Shown here piece after piece: positions 8,949 through 17,659 of a DNA stretch of 64,000 nt. The translations under genes were made by a program, and so were the position numbers. The stretch spans positions 4,658 through 68,657 of the forward strand of contig JANOZJ010000401.1 of NCBI GenBank assembly GCA_031429315.1, written 5' to 3'. The notes under the pieces are model-generated. The model was not told where the DNA came from, ran no database searches, and saw only the letters and a list, made by a program, of their open reading frames with translations. The stretch is from Akkermansiaceae bacterium (GTDB taxonomy: Bacteria; Verrucomicrobiota; Verrucomicrobiia; Verrucomicrobiales; Akkermansiaceae). Each line of letters starts with the position of its first letter. Positions within the stretch are counted from its first letter, which is position 1.

Positions 8949-9575
8949 ATGCTCAAGCAACAACGCGCCGATCACGTCCGGCGGCGGCTCCAGGAACTCT
9001 ATCCGGAGACTCCCATTCCGCTCGATCACAAGGACCCCTACACCTTGTTAGTCGCCGTGCTGCTGTCCGCGCAATGCACCGATGTCCGCGTCAATCTGGT
9101 CACGCCCGCGCTTTTCAAACTCGCCGACAATCCGCGCGACATGATGGATGTCCCGGTGGAAAAAATCCAGGCGATCATCCGCCCTTGCGGTCTATCACCT
9201 CGGAAGTCGGCGGCGATTTCCGGGCTTTCGGGAATCCTGGTGGAAAAGCACGGCGGCGAGGTGCCGCAGGATTTCGCCGCGCTCGAAGCGCTGCCCGGCG
9301 TCGGCCACAAGACGGCGTCGGTGGTGATGGCGCAGGCATTCGGCGTGCCGGCATTTCCCGTGGACACCCACATCCACCGGCTCGCCAGTCGTTGGAAACT
9401 CACGTCCGGCAAGAACGTCGTGCAGACCGAGCGCGATCTCAAAGAGCTCTTCCCGCGCGACTCGTGGAACCGCCTGCACCTCCAGATCATCTTCTACGGC
9501 CGCGAACATTGCCGCGCCCGTGGCTGCGATGGCAAACGCTGCCTGCTCTGCCAGGAGCTTTTCGCCAAAAACTAA
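8949..9575 (+). CDS. nth: Endonuclease III (HhH-GPD DNA glycosylase/AP lyase)
   Basis: LLVAVLLSAQCTDVRVN, HhH LPGVGHKTASVV, FPVDTHIHR, C-terminal 4-Cys cluster. The ORF-track start at 7752 is an antisense extension. Confidence 0.95.
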   Translation: MLKQQRADHVRRRLQELYPETPIPLDHKDPYTLLVAVLLSAQCTDVRVNLVTPALFKLADNPRDMMDVPVEKIQAIIRPCGLSPRKSAAISGLSGILVEKHGGEVPQDFAALEALPGVGHKTASVVMAQAFGVPAFPVDTHIHRLASRWKLTSGKNVVQTERDLKELFPRDSWNRLHLQIIFYGREHCRARGCDGKRCLLCQELFAKN

Positions 9576-9692
9576 CGAGTGTGCAGCCGCAGTTCCGGGC
9601 GTGGAGCCGCAGTCGCCGCGCCCGAGACCCGGGCAACGGCACCCACAAGCGGCTGCCGTTTGCCACGTTTGGGTCGTAGGGCGGAGCCTCCC

Positions 9693-9719
9693 CCAATCTG
9701 ATTGGTAAACTTAAGTTTA
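9693..9719. promoter_or_regulatory. Two abutting palindromes, candidate operator(s) upstream of the surface-protein island
   Basis: CCAATC-T-GATTGG (9693-9705) is directly followed by the perfect 14-bp palindrome TAAACTTAAGTTTA (9706-9719), in an AT-rich patch ~180 bp before ATG 9899. Confidence 0.45.
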
Positions 9720-9898
9720 TTATTTACAAATCCTGACAACGCGCCTGAATGCCGCCGCTGAAAGCAAGGGTGGTTTCGAGGCTGGTAGGATGATCCGCCT
9801 CGATCTTGCTCTTTAAGCGGTGGAGTCGGCACTTCCGGGGAATTCGGAGAAACGATGAAGCCAAGCAACTCATTTCCAGCCCACAGCCGAAAGTCACC

Positions 9899-12800
9899 AT
9901 GAAACAGCTCCCAGCTACCTCGCGGACCCCGTGCCATCGCGAACGCATCGCCAGGCCACTCACCACCGGTTCCGAGATTGTTCCGGCTCACGAGAGTGGG
10001 TTCGCGAGAAAATCTTGGAGCGGCTGCTTGGTCGCGGCGCTGTTCGGTCTTTTGCAAGTGGCGGGTCATGCCGCCAATGTCACGGTGGCAAATGCGAATA
10101 ATGCGGGAGTCGGTTCGCTGCGGCAGGCGATTCTGGATGTCTCGGCAGCGGGGATTATCAACTTCGATCCCGCGCTCAGTGGTCAGACGATCACTCTGGC
10201 AAGCGAGCTTGCACTGACGACGAGCCTAACGATTGACGCCAGCGGACTCGCCAGCGGGCTGACACTAAGCGGGGGCGGAACAACCCGCGTCTTGAGGGTG
10301 AATGCCAGTCAAAATGTCACCTTGAAAAGCCTCACTTTCACCTCCGGGGATGGCACGGGTGTGGCCGACAGCGGGTTCGGCGGCGCGATTTACAACCTCG
10401 GCACCACCACGGTGGAGCGATGCGTTTTCAGCGGGAATTCCGCGACTTTTTACGGCGGCGGCATTCACAGCGGCCTATTTGCCACGCTGGACATCACGGA
10501 CTCCACTTTCGCGGTGAATACGGCCGGACTCTACGGCGGCGCGGTTTCGAACTCCGCCCCGCTGACCTTGGACCGCTGCACACTCAACGGCAATATCTCG
10601 GGTTACGAAGGCGGCGGCGTTTACAGCGATTTTTACGGCACGCTCATTGTCACCAACTCCACTCTCACCGACAATAGCGCGGCTTACTACGGTGGAGCGA
10701 TTTACAACAGTTGCCCGCTGACGCTGCACAGTTGCACGCTCGTCGGCAATTCCGCGAACCTGCTCGGAGGGGCGGTTTACAATGACTACCTGGGCACCAA
10801 CCCCTTCTTCGGCAACTCGATCATCGCCGGAAATACCGCCCCGGAAAGCACCGAGATCTTCGGCCCGTGGACACAGGCCAACAGTCTGACCAGTGGCGAC
10901 CCGAAGCTCTCGCCGCTCGGCAATTTCGGCGGTCCCACGCAGACGATGCCGCCGCTGCCGGACTCGCCGGCACTCGATGCCGGTGGCACCACGTCCTTGC
11001 TCACCGACCAGCGGGGCCTGGCGCGTATCCTGAATGGTGGACTCGACATCGGTGCCTTTGAGAGTCCGCTTTCTAATTACAATCCCGTAGGTCTCACGAT
11101 TTACGCCAAGGCGGATCCCGGGGACAGCGGGTACTTTGAAATCTCCACCGACCCGGAATTTCTGCCGGTCGTCAGCACGTTGGCAGGGACGGGTGCCAAT
11201 GGATTCGCGGATGACACGCGGTTGGCGGCGCAGCTCAGTTATCCATCCGGCGTCGCGCAGGACTCTTTGGGCAATATTTTCTTCGCCGATACCGGGAATC
11301 ACCGGATCCGCATGTTTGGCCCGGATGGGGCGGTGGTCACCATAGCCGGGACTGGCGTTTACGGTTTGGCAAATGGCTCTGGCTCTAGCGCTCAGTTTGC
11401 CTTTCCTGCGGCCTTGGCGGTCGGCCCGGACAACAACGTCTATGTGGCGGACACCTACAACCACCGCATCTGCAAATTGACGCGGCCGTCGATCCCCGGC
11501 GGCGCGTGGACGGCGATGACCTTGGCCGGGACCGGCATCGCCGGATTCGTCGAGGGTGCGGGATCGGTCGCCCGTTTCAACTACCCCTATGGCCTGACGC
11601 TCGATCCTAGCGGCAACGTCTATGTGGCGGACTCGTTAAACCACCGCATCCGCAGGGTGACATCTGGCGGATTGGTCAGCACCTACGCAGGAACGGGGAC
11701 CGCAGGTTCAGTGGATGCGTCAAATGCACTCACTGCCCAGTTTGACACGCCGCAGAGTGTCGTTGTCGCCGGAGGCAGTCTGTTTGTGGCGGATACGTTC
11801 AATGACCGCATCCGTAAGATCGTCATCGCCTCGGACCAGGTGGTGAGAACCGCCAGCACCCTCGCCGGTTCGAGTTCTGGATTTGCCAACGGCACCGGCA
11901 CTGCGGCCCAATTCAACACCCCCTCCGGCCTCGCGACCGATGGGGCGGGCGGCCTCTACGTCGCCGATGAGCAGAATCATCGCATCCGCAAGATCATCAC
12001 GTCCACGGGCGAGGTCACGACCGTGGCTGGCACCGGCGTCGCGGGTCTCGTCAACGGCAAACCCGATGTCGCCGAATTCAGAGCGCCGACTGGAGTGTTG
12101 GTCGGCTTGGATGGGAATCTGGTCGTCGCAGACGCCCAAAATCATGCGCTGCGGCGCATCGTCATCAAGCCACTCACGGTGGACGTCGTGTCCAACACTT
12201 ACTTTACCGGGGGTTCCGTGGCGCAGGTCAAAGCGGTTCTGGATGTCGCGGCATTGGGACTGGATCCGAGCGTGACCTATTATTTCCGCTGGAAATCTTT
12301 GCCCTCGGGGATCACGCAACCGCTCGGCCAGAGCTTTTTCCTGTATGATTTCCCGGTGGTGGTGACCGAGGCGGCCACCAATGTCACCCCGAGCGCGGCG
12401 CGGCTTAATGCGCTGGTCGATCCCAAGTCCAGCCGGACCACAGTTGCGTTGGAGTACTCGACCGATCCAGGTCTGTTGAAGCCCTACGAGGTGACGACGC
12501 TGGCCGGCTCCGGCGCGGCGGGATTTGGCGAAGGCAATGGCCCCGCCGCACAATTCTCCAACCCGTCCGGGGTAGTTATCAGGGCTAACGGCGACTCCTT
12601 CGTGGCGGATCGCCTGAACCACCGGATTCGCATGATCACAGCGGCGGGGGTCGTCAGCACCTTCGCCGGCTCCGGCGTGGCGGGATTCTCCGACGCTACC
12701 GGCACGCTCGCCCAGTTTGAGAAACCGACCGGCATCGCCAGCGACAGCAGTGGAAATCTCTACGTCGCGGACGAGTCCAACCACCGGATTCGCAAGATTA

Positions 12801-15604
12801 CCACAGCGGGCGTGGTTACAACTTTTGCTGGCACCGGGGTGGCGGGATTTGCCGATGGCGCGCTGGCTGCCGCGAAATTTCTCTACCCGGCGGGCGTGGC
12901 GGTGGATGCGGCTGACAACGTCTATGTGGCCGACGCGGGCAACCAGCGCATCCGCAAAATCACCGTTGCCACCGGAATGGTGACGACCCTCGCGGGAACG
13001 GGCGTCGCCGGTTTCAACGACGGAGCGGCTGCAAGCGCGCAGTTTTCCTCACCGCAGGCACTGGCGGTGAGCGCGGCCGGCAGCGTGCTGGTGGCCGACA
13101 CCGGCAACCATTGCATACGCGTGATCGATGCCAGCGGCGTGACCACCCTCGCGGGCAGGGGCGTGGAAGGATTTCTCGATGGCTTGGGCGGCACCGCGCT
13201 GTTCGCCTCGCCGCGAGGAATCGCGCTGGATGGAGACGGCATCGCCTACATCGCGGATCGTGGAAATCATCGCATCCGCCGGATCGCCACGGACGGTCAA
13301 GTGACGACGCTTGCCGGTTCCGGGACTCCCGGCCAAGTCAACTCACCGGCGGTCGGCCTGTATCCGGCCACGGCCTGCCGGTTTGATCTGCCTGCCGGGA
13401 TTGCGGTCGATGCCACGGGACGCGTGCTGGTGACTCAAGAGGGGATGCTGCGCAAAATCGCCCGCAGCGCCACGCTGCCCACCGTGACCGTGACGCCGGA
13501 TGCAAGCGGCACCGGCGAGCGCCTAGTGTTTGGCGAGGTCGATCGGCCCCTGCTCTATGGCTCGACCTATTATTTCCGGGCCAGAGGGACCAGCTACCGG
13601 GACACGATCACCGGGGGAATTCTCAGTTTCGTGACTCCGCAGGCGATGATCTCGCTATTCGCCGGCACCAACACCAGCGCGCCGGCAGTCTTTGACCAAC
13701 AGGCCGGCGCCGTTGACTTTGGCAGCACCCCGACCGGCCAGCCGGTCACGCGCTCGTTCACCATTTCCAACCCCGGCACTTGGCCGCTCACGGTGAGCGC
13801 AGTCGGTTTCCCTGCCGGTTTCCAAAAAACTGGCGGCGTCGGCGTCATCAATCCGCTTGGCTCGCTCACCTTCCAGCTCACCCTTGCCGCCACCACGGCG
13901 GGAACCTTTAGCGGAAATGTCGTGATCACCAGCGACGCGCCCGCACAGGCGACTTTGACCTTCCCGATCACAGGTGAGGTGCTCGATCCACCGGCGCTGA
14001 CGACTTTGGCGGCCAACCCCGTCGGCACCGCCACCGCGACCTTCAATGCGACGGTGAATCCGCGGGACAGCAGCACCACGGTGTGGTTCGAATGGTCGCA
14101 GGATCCTGAGTTCGACGGCGTCATGGTCAGCACGCTCGCAGGATCGGGGTTCAATCAACCGTCAGGCATCGCCACCGACGCGGGTGGCAACAGCTACGTC
14201 GCGGACCGGCAAAACCACCGGATTCGCAAGATTGCCCCGGATGGCACGACCAGCACTTTCGCAGGCACCGGCGTCGCTGGCTTTGCGGATGGAACGGGTG
14301 CCGCCGCGCAGTTCGACCAACCAGTCGGCGTGGTCATCAGCAGCACGGGCACATTGTTTGTCACGGATTCCGGCAACCACCGCATCCGGTCAATCGACCC
14401 GGCGGGTGTCGTCGGCACTTACTCCGGCCTAGGCACGCCGGGCTTCACGGACGGCATCGCCACTGCCGCCCGCTTCCAGAATCCCGCTGGCTTGGCGATC
14501 GACAACGGCGGCATCCTTTATGTCGCGGATTCCGGCAACCATCGCATCCGCAAAGTCGCGCTCGATGGCTCGGTGAGCACGTTGGCCGGCACCGGTACTT
14601 CGGGTTCGGTAAATGGCGCTGCCGCTGAGTTCAACACGCCGGTGGGCATCGCCCGGGATTCCGCCGGTTTTGTGTATGTCACGGAATCGTCCAGCCACGC
14701 CATCCGCAAGATTTCAGCGGACGGCTTCACTAGTCTTTTCGCCGGCTCTCCGACCACTGCGGACTTTGTCAATGCGACCGGTGCGGCCGCCCGATTCTCC
14801 AGCCCGACCGGACTTGCCGTGGGCGTGAACGGTCTCCTCTACCTCGCGGACAAGGGAAATCACCGCATCCGCGCCGTCAGTCTGGGCGGGGTCGTCACGA
14901 CAGTCGCGGGCTCCGGCGCGTCGGGAGTGGCGGACGGGGTCGGCGAAGTCGCGCAATTCTTCAGCCCGTTGTCGGTGGCCACCACCGCCAGCGGCGGCGT
15001 GATCGTAGGTGAATCCGGCAACTCGACCCTGCGCAAAATCACCCCGCTCCAGGTTCTGCTGCAAGCCGTGGCCGGTCTCACCGGCACGGAGGACATCCCC
15101 GTGTTGTTGCCCGCCACCGGCCTCCCGGAAACGGCCACCTATTATTTCCGTGCCATCGCGACCAACAGTGGCGGCACCACCATTGGCAATACCCTTGCCA
15201 ATATCGTGGACCCGCCCACCGCTTTCGAAGCCTGGCAGATCGGCAAGTTCGGCCCGGATGCGGGCAATCCGCTCATTGCGGCCCCCGCCGCAACTCCGGC
15301 CGGCGACGGCGTGTGCAACCTGCTCAAATACGCGTTTGGACTCGACCCGCTTGCCGTCGTCGCTGGCGGGATGCCCGTCACCGGCTTCGGCGGCGGCTCG
15401 CTCTCCATCACCTACACCAAGGTCGTGGCCGCTACCGATCTTCTCTACACCGTCGAGTGGTCAGCCGATCTCGGCACCTGGAGTCCGGTCGGCGTCACCG
15501 AGCTGACGCTCAGCGGAAATGGCACCACCCAGCAGATTCTCGCCTCGGTTCCGAGCGCGCCCGCCACCGCCAAGTTCCTCCGGATCAACGTCACCTTGCA
15601 GTAG
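9899..15604 (+). CDS. Large exported protein: right-handed beta-helix (GGAI repeats, choice-of-anchor Q-like), 18 NHL repeats (three 6-bladed propellers), Fn3-like and ASH/choice-of-anchor D Ig domains, conserved C-terminal domain
   Basis: Hydrophobic signal ending VAGHA-A. N-x-A-xx-GGAI repeats, DQRG...DIGAFE motif, and 3x6 copies of F..P.G.A.D..G..YVAD..NHRIR counted by eye. Confidence 0.85.
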   Translation: MKQLPATSRTPCHRERIARPLTTGSEIVPAHESGFARKSWSGCLVAALFGLLQVAGHAANVTVANANNAGVGSLRQAILDVSAAGIINFDPALSGQTITLASELALTTSLTIDASGLASGLTLSGGGTTRVLRVNASQNVTLKSLTFTSGDGTGVADSGFGGAIYNLGTTTVERCVFSGNSATFYGGGIHSGLFATLDITDSTFAVNTAGLYGGAVSNSAPLTLDRCTLNGNISGYEGGGVYSDFYGTLIVTNSTLTDNSAAYYGGAIYNSCPLTLHSCTLVGNSANLLGGAVYNDYLGTNPFFGNSIIAGNTAPESTEIFGPWTQANSLTSGDPKLSPLGNFGGPTQTMPPLPDSPALDAGGTTSLLTDQRGLARILNGGLDIGAFESPLSNYNPVGLTIYAKADPGDSGYFEISTDPEFLPVVSTLAGTGANGFADDTRLAAQLSYPSGVAQDSLGNIFFADTGNHRIRMFGPDGAVVTIAGTGVYGLANGSGSSAQFAFPAALAVGPDNNVYVADTYNHRICKLTRPSIPGGAWTAMTLAGTGIAGFVEGAGSVARFNYPYGLTLDPSGNVYVADSLNHRIRRVTSGGLVSTYAGTGTAGSVDASNALTAQFDTPQSVVVAGGSLFVADTFNDRIRKIVIASDQVVRTASTLAGSSSGFANGTGTAAQFNTPSGLATDGAGGLYVADEQNHRIRKIITSTGEVTTVAGTGVAGLVNGKPDVAEFRAPTGVLVGLDGNLVVADAQNHALRRIVIKPLTVDVVSNTYFTGGSVAQVKAVLDVAALGLDPSVTYYFRWKSLPSGITQPLGQSFFLYDFPVVVTEAATNVTPSAARLNALVDPKSSRTTVALEYSTDPGLLKPYEVTTLAGSGAAGFGEGNGPAAQFSNPSGVVIRANGDSFVADRLNHRIRMITAAGVVSTFAGSGVAGFSDATGTLAQFEKPTGIASDSSGNLYVADESNHRIRKITTAGVVTTFAGTGVAGFADGALAAAKFLYPAGVAVDAADNVYVADAGNQRIRKITVATGMVTTLAGTGVAGFNDGAAASAQFSSPQALAVSAAGSVLVADTGNHCIRVIDASGVTTLAGRGVEGFLDGLGGTALFASPRGIALDGDGIAYIADRGNHRIRRIATDGQVTTLAGSGTPGQVNSPAVGLYPATACRFDLPAGIAVDATGRVLVTQEGMLRKIARSATLPTVTVTPDASGTGERLVFGEVDRPLLYGSTYYFRARGTSYRDTITGGILSFVTPQAMISLFAGTNTSAPAVFDQQAGAVDFGSTPTGQPVTRSFTISNPGTWPLTVSAVGFPAGFQKTGGVGVINPLGSLTFQLTLAATTAGTFSGNVVITSDAPAQATLTFPITGEVLDPPALTTLAANPVGTATATFNATVNPRDSSTTVWFEWSQDPEFDGVMVSTLAGSGFNQPSGIATDAGGNSYVADRQNHRIRKIAPDGTTSTFAGTGVAGFADGTGAAAQFDQPVGVVISSTGTLFVTDSGNHRIRSIDPAGVVGTYSGLGTPGFTDGIATAARFQNPAGLAIDNGGILYVADSGNHRIRKVALDGSVSTLAGTGTSGSVNGAAAEFNTPVGIARDSAGFVYVTESSSHAIRKISADGFTSLFAGSPTTADFVNATGAAARFSSPTGLAVGVNGLLYLADKGNHRIRAVSLGGVVTTVAGSGASGVADGVGEVAQFFSPLSVATTASGGVIVGESGNSTLRKITPLQVLLQAVAGLTGTEDIPVLLPATGLPETATYYFRAIATNSGGTTIGNTLANIVDPPTAFEAWQIGKFGPDAGNPLIAAPAATPAGDGVCNLLKYAFGLDPLAVVAGGMPVTGFGGGSLSITYTKVVAATDLLYTVEWSADLGTWSPVGVTELTLSGNGTTQQILASVPSAPATAKFLRINVTLQ

Positions 15605-15627
15605 TCATGTCCCATTCACTCCATCTC

Positions 15628-17622
15628 ATGAAACACTCCTCCTCATCATTCTGGTGCTTGGTCGCGGGCCTACTTGCAGGCGTTGTTACCTTGGCCGCTC
15701 CGGCCCGGGCCCAGACCGCCGGGCAGGCCGTCACCCTGTCCGCCGGTTGGAATGCCGTCTGGCTGGAAGTCGAGCCGGTCGATGCCACCGGCAAGCCGCA
15801 AGCGCCCCAAGTTGTTTTCACCAATCCGGCCATTCAGACCGTCGCCACCCCCAAGCCGCTCAGCGGCTCGGCGGAATTTTTCGCAAGCGATCCGGGAGCC
15901 ATCGCCATCTTCAATCAGGATGAGTGGCAACAATGGAAGCGGGCCGACCCATCTGGAGCGAACAATCTTTCGATGATTTTCGGGAACCGCCCTTACCTGA
16001 TTCAAGTGGCGGTCGGGACGCCTACCTTCACCCTGTCGTTGGCGGGCAAGGTCCGCTTTTTCCGCCCCACTTGGACTCCGGACCGCTACAATCTCGTCGG
16101 TTTCGGCCTCCAAGGCACGCCCACCTTCGACGCCTTCTTCGGCCCTTCCGGCACCAAACATGCAGTTGGTAAAATCTTCAGCCTGGATGCCGCCACTGGC
16201 AACTGGCAGCGCGTCACGGGAAGTGCGCATATGGTTTCCGGCCAAGCCTACTGGGTTTTCTGTGCCGGCCAATCCACCTACACGGGTCCGGTGGCCGTAG
16301 ACTTTGATCTCGCCATCGCCGGCGTACTGAATTTCGGCGGCCCCTCGGATGCCGTGGTGGTCGGCGCCGGCGTGGATGCCCTGGAGCTGGATTTGAAAGA
16401 ACTCGTTTTCAGCAATACCGGTGCTGCTGCCGCCATCCCCGAGCTCGACCTGATCACCCCCGATCCCACTCCGGGCAGCCTCGCGCTCTACGTCGCCATG
16501 CCGAACAGCCAGAACGCCGGCTACTTGCGCGGAAATGAGGTCGATTCCGCAGCCGGTGCGGGTAGCAGTTCCGCCCTCGGCGAATCGGTCGCCTCACAGC
16601 AGACCGCGACCCTCACGCTCGGAGCCAAGCGCAATTGGGCCGACAATGCCCCCCGCACCAACACCTACCGCCTCAAGACCGGCGCGACCAGCGCCTCATT
16701 CTGGCTTCCCATCACCGCAGTCAGAAGCGTGATGGCCCAGTCGTCAGGCGCAACCGTCGGCACCCCCGCCAGCGAAGTGAGCGGCTTGTGGGTCGGCGAC
16801 GTCATCATGAACTCCGCCACCAGCATCGTCGAAAACGGTGCTCCGGTGCGCCCCTCCGCCGGCTCCGCGCCGAGGCGCATCATCCTCCACTCCGATGGCA
16901 ACGGCACCGTGCGCTTGCTCTCCCAAGTCACCGTCATGCAAACCAAGACCGCCGACCCGGCGCTCGCACCCGTGCCGGTGCTGGTCGTCGATCCGGCCAA
17001 GATCTCCTTTTTCGAGGGGATCAAGGAGCGCAACGGTAAACGGGTCGGCCTGCGCGTCGAGGCCGTCACCTACGACATGCCCCGCAAGCTCGACGGCGGG
17101 AGCCAGGGCGACCTGATCGAGGATCCTAAATTCCTGACCCTCACCACCCTGAGTCCGGCGCTCCAAGCCGCGCTGAGTGAAGCCCCGTCCAACCGCACCC
17201 TTGCCCAAACCAACCTCATCGCATCCAGCGCGAGTGCCATCGCTGCCGCCAAGCTCACCATCCCGAGCCTGCTGCCCAACTACCTGCTCGCCAGCGCGGG
17301 ACGGCCACCGAAGCTCGTTGAGGCTTACGAACTATCTGCGGCCATGAGCGGTGCCCTCGGCGGCGGCCAGACAGTGGCGGCCGCCTTCACGCTCGACCCC
17401 TTCCACCGCAGCAATCCCTTCCGTCACGCCTTCCATCACGACCTCACCAAGGGGCCGCAGATCAGCCGCACCCTGAGCGTCGTCTTCGATCCGGACCAGG
17501 CCATCGCCGGCCGCCTCCGCGGCACTTGCACCGAGATTATCTCCGGCCTCATCCAGTCCAATCTCACCGTCACCGGACGCGTCGATCTCAAGCGCATCAG
17601 CACCGTGGATTCCCTCAAGTAA
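15628..17622 (+). CDS. Exported hypothetical protein (~665 aa), immediately upstream of the giant gene
   Basis: Signal peptide MKHSSSSFWCLVAGLLAG...ARA-Q. Motifs LSAGWNAVWLEVEP, YNLVGF, GLWVGDV, RIILH, NPFRHAFHHD. Alternative start at 15607. Confidence 0.75.
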   Translation: MKHSSSSFWCLVAGLLAGVVTLAAPARAQTAGQAVTLSAGWNAVWLEVEPVDATGKPQAPQVVFTNPAIQTVATPKPLSGSAEFFASDPGAIAIFNQDEWQQWKRADPSGANNLSMIFGNRPYLIQVAVGTPTFTLSLAGKVRFFRPTWTPDRYNLVGFGLQGTPTFDAFFGPSGTKHAVGKIFSLDAATGNWQRVTGSAHMVSGQAYWVFCAGQSTYTGPVAVDFDLAIAGVLNFGGPSDAVVVGAGVDALELDLKELVFSNTGAAAAIPELDLITPDPTPGSLALYVAMPNSQNAGYLRGNEVDSAAGAGSSSALGESVASQQTATLTLGAKRNWADNAPRTNTYRLKTGATSASFWLPITAVRSVMAQSSGATVGTPASEVSGLWVGDVIMNSATSIVENGAPVRPSAGSAPRRIILHSDGNGTVRLLSQVTVMQTKTADPALAPVPVLVVDPAKISFFEGIKERNGKRVGLRVEAVTYDMPRKLDGGSQGDLIEDPKFLTLTTLSPALQAALSEAPSNRTLAQTNLIASSASAIAAAKLTIPSLLPNYLLASAGRPPKLVEAYELSAAMSGALGGGQTVAAAFTLDPFHRSNPFRHAFHHDLTKGPQISRTLSVVFDPDQAIAGRLRGTCTEIISGLIQSNLTVTGRVDLKRISTVDSLK

Positions 17623-17659
17623 TTTCAAACTTCCATCTCCCATGACTCTTCCTACTGCG

